64,000 bases of DNA from an uncultured virus (IMG/VR IMGVR_UViG_3300024358_000470) (Duplodnaviria > Heunggongvirae > Uroviricota > Caudoviricetes), in IMG/VR virus record IMGVR_UViG_3300024358_000470; one strand, given 5' to 3'. Made by a program: the position numbers and the translations under genes. Each line of letters starts with the position of its first letter. Position 1 is the stretch's first letter. This document shows, piece after piece, positions 58,726-64,000 of the stretch. The notes beneath the pieces are model-generated. The model worked only from the letters and a program-made list of their open reading frames with translations. It ran no database searches and was not told the DNA's origin.

Positions 58726-59829
58726 ATGGCACTCTCCTCTGACTACATCCGCACTTCTCTTCAAAACCTGTATGGTAGCACTATCACTGGTGCTGATATT
58801 CGTGCTTGGTGTAATCTGAACGATGCTAACTATCAAACTGTTACAAAAAAACTTGACCAATTTAAAGTGGGTCGTGGTAAATGGAATCTTGAAGTTACGC
58901 AACAAAAAGTAAAAGAAATTGAACGCACTTTCCAAGCACCTGCTGCGATTCCTGCTGTGGAACAAAACCTTATTCCCGATAAAGATGATACCTTCGTCAA
59001 GTTTGGTAACTTTGCTGATGTTAAAAAAATTATTCAGTCCCGTCTCTTTTATCCTACGTTTATTACGGGTCTTTCGGGTAACGGTAAAACGTTCTCTGTT
59101 GAGCAAGCGTGTGCTCAACTTAAGCGTGAACTGATTCGCGTCAATATCACTATTGAGACTGATGAAGACGATCTTATTGGGGGTTTCCGTCTTGTTGATG
59201 GGAATACTGCTTGGCACAACGGTCCCGTGATTGAAGCACTTGAGCGTGGTGCTATTCTTCTGTTGGATGAGATTGACCTTGCTTCTAACAAGATTCTTTG
59301 TTTGCAATCTATTCTCGAAGGTAAAGGTGTTTTCCTGAAAAAGATTGGTCGCTGGGTAAAACCTGCCGCTGGTTTTAATGTGATTGCCACCGCTAATACT
59401 AAGGGTAAGGGTTCTGATGACGGACGTTTCATTGGCACCAATGTGCTCAACGAAGCGTTCCTAGAGCGTTTCCCTGTGACCTTTGAGCAGTCCTACCCTG
59501 CTCCTGCTACTGAGCAGAAGATTCTGGAAGGCATCGCTCTGGACCTTGGCGTGGAAGACCGTGATTTCTGCAAGCGCCTGGTTGACTGGGCAGATATCAT
59601 CCGCAAGACCTTCTACGATGGTGGTATTGAGGAAATCATCAGCACCCGCCGTCTGGTTCACATCATCCGTGCTTACAGCATCTTCCAAGACAAGGCAAAG
59701 GCAATCCAAGTGTGTGTGAACCGCTTTGATGATGAAACCAAGCAAGCATTCCTTGAACTTTATGACAAAGTGGATGCTGACTTCCAGATGCCTGTTGAAG
59801 AGTCCATTGACACATACCAGTCTGTTTGA
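58726..59829 (+). CDS. cobS: CobS-like/MoxR-type AAA+ ATPase
   Basis: GLSGNGKT; LLLDEID; ATANTKG; NEAFLERF; STRRL. Confidence 0.9.
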   Translation: MALSSDYIRTSLQNLYGSTITGADIRAWCNLNDANYQTVTKKLDQFKVGRGKWNLEVTQQKVKEIERTFQAPAAIPAVEQNLIPDKDDTFVKFGNFADVKKIIQSRLFYPTFITGLSGNGKTFSVEQACAQLKRELIRVNITIETDEDDLIGGFRLVDGNTAWHNGPVIEALERGAILLLDEIDLASNKILCLQSILEGKGVFLKKIGRWVKPAAGFNVIATANTKGKGSDDGRFIGTNVLNEAFLERFPVTFEQSYPAPATEQKILEGIALDLGVEDRDFCKRLVDWADIIRKTFYDGGIEEIISTRRLVHIIRAYSIFQDKAKAIQVCVNRFDDETKQAFLELYDKVDADFQMPVEESIDTYQSV

Positions 59830-59835
59830 TATAAT
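59807..59835 (+). promoter_or_regulatory. Perfect sigma70 promoter TTGACA-N17-TATAAT
   Basis: TTGACA at 59807-59812 and TGa-TATAAT at 59830-59835. Confidence 0.8.
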
Positions 59836-59837
59836 TG

Positions 59838-59863
59838 GGGAAGGTAATTGTGCCTTCCCTTTT
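59838..59863 (+). terminator. Probable intrinsic terminator after cobS
   Basis: GGGAAGG...CCTTCCC stem followed by TTTT. Confidence 0.6.
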
Positions 59864-59870
59864 CTTAATT

Positions 59871-60278
59871 ATGGACAAGTATCCTTACAACAACTTCACT
59901 CTTTATAGAGATGGTGAAGATATTATTGAACTCACAAAAAAGCATTTGAATATGAACGAACCTACTAATCATCTTTGGAAATACAATGAAGATAAAATTC
60001 TGAAAGATATTCAAGACTATGTAACCAGCACTTATGGTAGTCACTACTGTGGTCATGAACAAGATTACAAAGATGTTCAGACAATTGACCTAATGGCAGC
60101 AAAAGAACTTGCTGCTGGGTTCTGTCAAGCAAACATCATTAAGTATGGTAGTCGCTACGGTGACAAGGATGGACGCAATAAGCGTGATTTGCTTAAAGTG
60201 ATTCACTATGCTATGCTTCTGCTCCACTTTGATGGACACTACACTCGTAAAGATAACGGTCTCTCTGAATTTCGCTGA
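59871..60278 (+). CDS. DUF3310-like (T7 gp1.7-like) protein
   Basis: SHY...NIIKY..RYG.KDG...DLLK..HY. Start codon is uncertain. Confidence 0.6.
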   Translation: MDKYPYNNFTLYRDGEDIIELTKKHLNMNEPTNHLWKYNEDKILKDIQDYVTSTYGSHYCGHEQDYKDVQTIDLMAAKELAAGFCQANIIKYGSRYGDKDGRNKRDLLKVIHYAMLLLHFDGHYTRKDNGLSEFR

Positions 60279-60283
60279 TTATT

Positions 60284-60949
60284 ATGAAACTCTCTGATAA
60301 AACTCTCACGCTCCTCAAGAACTTCTCTTCTATTAACCAGTCTATTCTGTTTAAAGAAGGAAATAATCTTCGTACTATTTCTGTAATGAAGAATATTCTC
60401 GCGGAAGCAACAATCGAAGAAGAACTTCCCAAAGATTTTGGTATCTACGATCTCAATCAATTTCTGAATGGTCTCAATCTTCATCAGAATGCTGAACTTG
60501 ATTTCCAGAATGATGGTTATGTAGTTATTAAGGAAGGTCGGTCTCGTTCTAAGTATTTCTTTGCAGACCCTAATGTAATCGTTACTCCTCCCGATAAATC
60601 TATTTCTCTTCCTTCCGAAGATGTTTGTTTCATTCTTGATACCAAGGAACTTGATAAACTCCTTAAAGCTGCTGCTGTGTATCAACTTCCTGACTTGTCT
60701 GTGGTTGGCGAAGCAGGTGTGGTGAAACTGGTTGTTCGTGATAAGAAGAACGATACCTCCAATGATTTTTCTGTTGTTGTTGGTGAAACTGATGAAGTGT
60801 TCACATTCAACTTTAAGGTAGAAAACATCAAGATTATTCCTGGTGCTTATGAAGTTGTAATTTCTTCCAAACTTTTGTCACGATTCAAGAATACTGGATT
60901 TGATGTGACCTATTATATTGCTTTGGAACCCGATTCTACTTTTGGTTGA
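60284..60949 (+). CDS. g45: Sliding clamp
   Basis: MKLS..T..LLKNFSSINQS; FGIYDLNQFL; YYIALE. Confidence 0.95.
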   Translation: MKLSDKTLTLLKNFSSINQSILFKEGNNLRTISVMKNILAEATIEEELPKDFGIYDLNQFLNGLNLHQNAELDFQNDGYVVIKEGRSRSKYFFADPNVIVTPPDKSISLPSEDVCFILDTKELDKLLKAAAVYQLPDLSVVGEAGVVKLVVRDKKNDTSNDFSVVVGETDEVFTFNFKVENIKIIPGAYEVVISSKLLSRFKNTGFDVTYYIALEPDSTFG

Positions 60950-61365
60950 TGGAATTTCTTCTTTATCTCACACCTACTGCCAATAAAATTATTAATAATG
61001 TAATCAAAGCAGGTTATCCAGTTAAAGAAAATATTGGATATTGTAGAGATAAAAATTATTTTGGTTATAGTGACTTTGATAAATTGGTTATTTGCACCAA
61101 AAATATTAAAGAAGGTGGTTATGATCTAAAACATTATGTAAATGAAACGGTTTATCATGAAGCAACACATATTGCCCATATGTGTAATGGTTATAAACCA
61201 TTTTATATTTCATTAAAAGATATGTCACTTTTGCCAGAAAAACTTCAAGATGTTCAAAAATCTGTTGGATTATCTAATGCTTCCGAACAAATGGAACATG
61301 AAGCATTCTGGATGGAAGATAAACCAGATAAAGTGAATTACGTACTTCAAAAGTATTGTTTTTGA
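60946..61365 (+). CDS. HExxH zinc-metallopeptidase-like protein
   Basis: ETVYHEATHIAH...EHEAF. Confidence 0.6.
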   Translation: MMEFLLYLTPTANKIINNVIKAGYPVKENIGYCRDKNYFGYSDFDKLVICTKNIKEGGYDLKHYVNETVYHEATHIAHMCNGYKPFYISLKDMSLLPEKLQDVQKSVGLSNASEQMEHEAFWMEDKPDKVNYVLQKYCF

Positions 61366-61367
61366 TT

Positions 61368-61880
61368 ATGAATATATTTGTTACATCACCATGGCCTGCT
61401 GAAAGTGCTATCTGTCTCCCCGATAAACATATTGTTAAGATGCCATTAGAGTGTTGTCAGATGCTTTCTATCGTGGCATCTGATAAGTGGGGATATGGGT
61501 ATGGCACCCTCCCTAAGGCAGATGGAACCCCCTACAAGACCGAGAAAGGAGCATTCCGCAATCACCCCTGCACAAAGTGGGCTATGGAGAGTATCCATAA
61601 TGCCTACTGGTTAATCAAGTGGGGATTGAACTTGTCTGATGAATACTGCCTGCGGTATAATAAAACTCACTCCTGTTATAAAACCCTTGTGGATGCATAC
61701 TATTTGTTTCCCAAGGGTAAGATTACGGAGGTGACTCCATTTGCTCGTGCTATGCCTGAGGAATGGAAGTTTGACGACACCATTGATACATTTGAAGCAT
61801 ACAAAAGATATATTGCATCCAAACCTTGGGTTGCTGATAACTATCTTCGTATGCCCGAAAGACGACCTTCGTGGATTTAA
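61368..61880 (+). CDS. Pyrimidine-dimer DNA glycosylase/DenV-related family protein
   Basis: MNIF...DKHIVKMPLE..QMLS...NHPCTKW...EY..RY.K.H...AMP. Confidence 0.65.
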   Translation: MNIFVTSPWPAESAICLPDKHIVKMPLECCQMLSIVASDKWGYGYGTLPKADGTPYKTEKGAFRNHPCTKWAMESIHNAYWLIKWGLNLSDEYCLRYNKTHSCYKTLVDAYYLFPKGKITEVTPFARAMPEEWKFDDTIDTFEAYKRYIASKPWVADNYLRMPERRPSWI

Positions 61881-61882
61881 TT

Positions 61883-62827
61883 ATGAGCAGTGATTTCCTT
61901 TTCGTGGAACGATACCGTCCTCAAGTAATTGAGGATTGTATTCTTCCTGATGAAACTAAAAAAACATTTAAGGAGTTTGTGGCAAAAGGTGAGATTCCTA
62001 ATCTCCTTCTAGCAGGACCTCCTGGTATTGGTAAAACCACCATCGCAAAAGCATTATGTAATGAATTGGGGGCAGACTATTATGTCATCAACGGATCCGA
62101 CGAAGGGCGTTTCCTGGATACTGTACGGAACCAAGCGAAAAACTTCGCTTCGACCGTCTCACTTACGGGATCTTCTAAACACAAAGTCATCATCATTGAC
62201 GAAGCTGACAACACGGGCAACGATGTTCAACTCCTACTACGGGCGAATATTGAGGCATTTTATAACAACTGTCGATTCATCTTCACCTGTAACTACAAGA
62301 ACAAGATTATCGAACCTCTTCACTCCCGATGTGCCGTCATCGACTTCACCATCAAAGGGAAGCAAAGAGTTCAACTTGCGGGAAGTTTCTTTCAACGACT
62401 TCAATCAATCTTGGATTCTGAAAGGATTGAGTATGATGAAAAAGTCGTTGCAGAATTGGTTACAAAACACTTCCCAGATTTTCGTAGGGTCCTCAACGAA
62501 TGCCAGAGGTATTCTACAGGAGGAAAAATTGACTCGGGCATTCTTGCATCTTTCTCAGACATCTCTGTAAATGAACTTATTAAAAACCTCAAAGATAAAA
62601 ACTTTCCTGAAGTCAGAAAGTGGGTGGTCTCCAACCTGGACAACGATGCTTCTAGTCTTCTTCGCAGGGTTTATGACGCCGCTTACGATTGCCTTGTTCC
62701 CGCATCTATCCCTGCTGCCGTTCTTGTTATTGCTAAGTATCAATACCAATGTGCGTTCGTTGCTGACCAGGAAATAAATCTTCTTGCTGCCCTTACTGAA
62801 ATTATGGTGGAGTGTGAATTCAAATGA
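61883..62827 (+). CDS. g44: Clamp loader large subunit
   Basis: VERYRP; GPPGIGKT; IIDEAD; PLHSRC; FPDFRR. Confidence 0.95.
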   Translation: MSSDFLFVERYRPQVIEDCILPDETKKTFKEFVAKGEIPNLLLAGPPGIGKTTIAKALCNELGADYYVINGSDEGRFLDTVRNQAKNFASTVSLTGSSKHKVIIIDEADNTGNDVQLLLRANIEAFYNNCRFIFTCNYKNKIIEPLHSRCAVIDFTIKGKQRVQLAGSFFQRLQSILDSERIEYDEKVVAELVTKHFPDFRRVLNECQRYSTGGKIDSGILASFSDISVNELIKNLKDKNFPEVRKWVVSNLDNDASSLLRRVYDAAYDCLVPASIPAAVLVIAKYQYQCAFVADQEINLLAALTEIMVECEFK

Positions 62828-63117
62828 TTAATGTAAAACTGTTTCGTATTTTAACTGGCGAAGAAATCATCGCAGAAGTTATTTCTGAAGATGATAGCTT
62901 TGTAACCGTAAAGAATGGTCTAGTAGTTCTTCCTACAGGACAAAGCGTTGGATTTGCTCCTTGGGCTACAGTTATTGATAAAGATAATCCTGAACTTATT
63001 GTTTCTAGGAATCATATTGTCTATATTGCAGAAGTTGATTCTGGAGTTAAGAAAAAATATAATGAGATTTATGGAAGTAAACTCATTACTCCAGACGAGA
63101 AAAAATTGGTGTTGTGA
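62824..63117 (+). CDS. Conserved hypothetical protein
   Basis: VKLFRILTGEEIIAE...GFAPW. Confidence 0.65.
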   Translation: MINVKLFRILTGEEIIAEVISEDDSFVTVKNGLVVLPTGQSVGFAPWATVIDKDNPELIVSRNHIVYIAEVDSGVKKKYNEIYGSKLITPDEKKLVL

Positions 63118-63119
63118 AA

Positions 63120-63284
63120 ATGGAAAATAAGCAACATCAAGTAAAATCTAAATGGTATTACATCTTTTGGGGTGCTATGGCAGTTGCTGTAGTTGGGGGT
63201 CAAATTTATGTTGGATCTGGATATCGTGAGATGGCAGAAGCAACTAAAACAACTCAAATATCTGTGAGGTGTATTGTAGAATGA
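63120..63284 (+). CDS. Small single-TM membrane protein
   Basis: 54-aa ORF MENKQHQVKSKWYYIFWGAMAVAVVGGQIYVG..., not in the ORF track; coupled to dam by an ATGA overlap. Confidence 0.6.
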   Translation: MENKQHQVKSKWYYIFWGAMAVAVVGGQIYVGSGYREMAEATKTTQISVRCIVE

Positions 63285-64000
63285 AATCTCTTAAAACACC
63301 TCTAAGATATCCTGGTGGTAAATCCCGCGCATGTGAAAAGATGGGACCATACTTTCCAGACCTTCGTGATTATCGTGAGTTCCGTGAACCATTTCTTGGT
63401 GGTGGAAGTGTTGCGATTTATATCACAAAGAAGTATCCTAACCTAGATATTTGGGTGAATGATTTATATGAACCTCTTGTAAACTTCTGGCAACAACTCC
63501 AGATGTTTGGGGTGGATATTAAAGATAAACTTGTAGATCTTAAGACGACAAATAATACTCCGGTCCTGGCAAAAGAACTTTTTCTTAAAGCAAAGGAGCA
63601 AGTAAATGACAAGGATTTGCCAAGCATTGATCGTGCTGTGGCTTTCTATGTTGTCAATAAGTGTAGTTTCAGTGGTCTCACGGAGAGTTCATCATTTTCA
63701 CCACAGGCATCCAACAACAACTTCAGTTTGCGTGGGATTGAAAAACTGCCTGAGTATTCTAAGATAATTAAGCATTGGCGTATAACTAACTATTCATACG
63801 ATTATCTTTTGGATGGAGACACTACTGCTTTTGTGTATCTCGATCCTCCTTATGATATTAAGGATAATCTCTATGGGCGTAAGGGATCAATGCACAAAGG
63901 ATTCGATCATGATAAGTTTGCTGCTGATTGTGATTTTCGTGTTAATATGCATCAATTGATTAGTTATAACTCAGACCAACTCGTAAAAGACCGATTTAAA
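63281..64000 (+). CDS. dam: DNA adenine methyltransferase (Dam/D12 class), 3'-truncated by the window edge
   Basis: MKSLKTPLRYPGGKS...EPFLGGGSV...VND...LDPPY read directly from the sequence; open to the window end. Confidence 0.9.
   Translation, partial: MKSLKTPLRYPGGKSRACEKMGPYFPDLRDYREFREPFLGGGSVAIYITKKYPNLDIWVNDLYEPLVNFWQQLQMFGVDIKDKLVDLKTTNNTPVLAKELFLKAKEQVNDKDLPSIDRAVAFYVVNKCSFSGLTESSSFSPQASNNNFSLRGIEKLPEYSKIIKHWRITNYSYDYLLDGDTTAFVYLDPPYDIKDNLYGRKGSMHKGFDHDKFAADCDFRVNMHQLISYNSDQLVKDRFK

Noticed and set aside
1..64000. tRNA or rRNA genes
   Set aside because: Intergenic gaps are short and AT-rich, and no cloverleaf or T-loop pattern was recognised by eye; tRNAscan-SE would confirm.

Overview
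This window is a 64-kb fragment of a T4-like myovirus, most similar in gene content and order to T4-like cyanophages (Kyanoviridae-like). Every credible gene is on the + strand. Bases 1-36 kb are an accessory region upstream of the large terminase. It holds mosaic tail-fibre/adhesin genes (S74 chaperone ends, collagen-like and 14-aa Gly/Asn repeats, PKD domains), three LamG lectin genes, three 7-bladed RCC1/BLIP-II propellers, and a ~16-kb glycan-modification island (TPR-glycosyltransferases, GT2/GT25, sulfotransferase, FkbM methylase, 2OG-Fe(II) oxygenases, an RfbH-type dehydrase and an NDP-sugar epimerase/reductase). It ends in a modular head-cargo-like gene split by one in-frame TAA. Bases 36-49.5 kb are the core virion genes g17-g18-g19-g20-g21-g22-g23-g3, with a GIY-YIG homing endonuclease after g23. 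Bases 49.5-64 kb carry uvsY, uvsW, g55, g47, g46, a vWA/peptidase plus CobS-like AAA+ pair, g45, g44 and a partial dam. The best leads are: (1) a late-promoter gene with a T4 capsid-targeting N-terminus fused to a T3 SAM-lyase-like domain, possibly an injected anti-restriction enzyme; (2) a putative virion-fibre glycosylation system interleaved with receptor-binding genes; (3) propellers with a fixed scaffold and variable loops, plus an in-frame mobile carbohydrate-binding module; (4) a polyprotein punctuated by gp21-type cleavage sites; (5) a shared hairpin-promoter element ahead of the vWA and AAA+ genes. All assignments come from motif recognition by eye; no searches were run.
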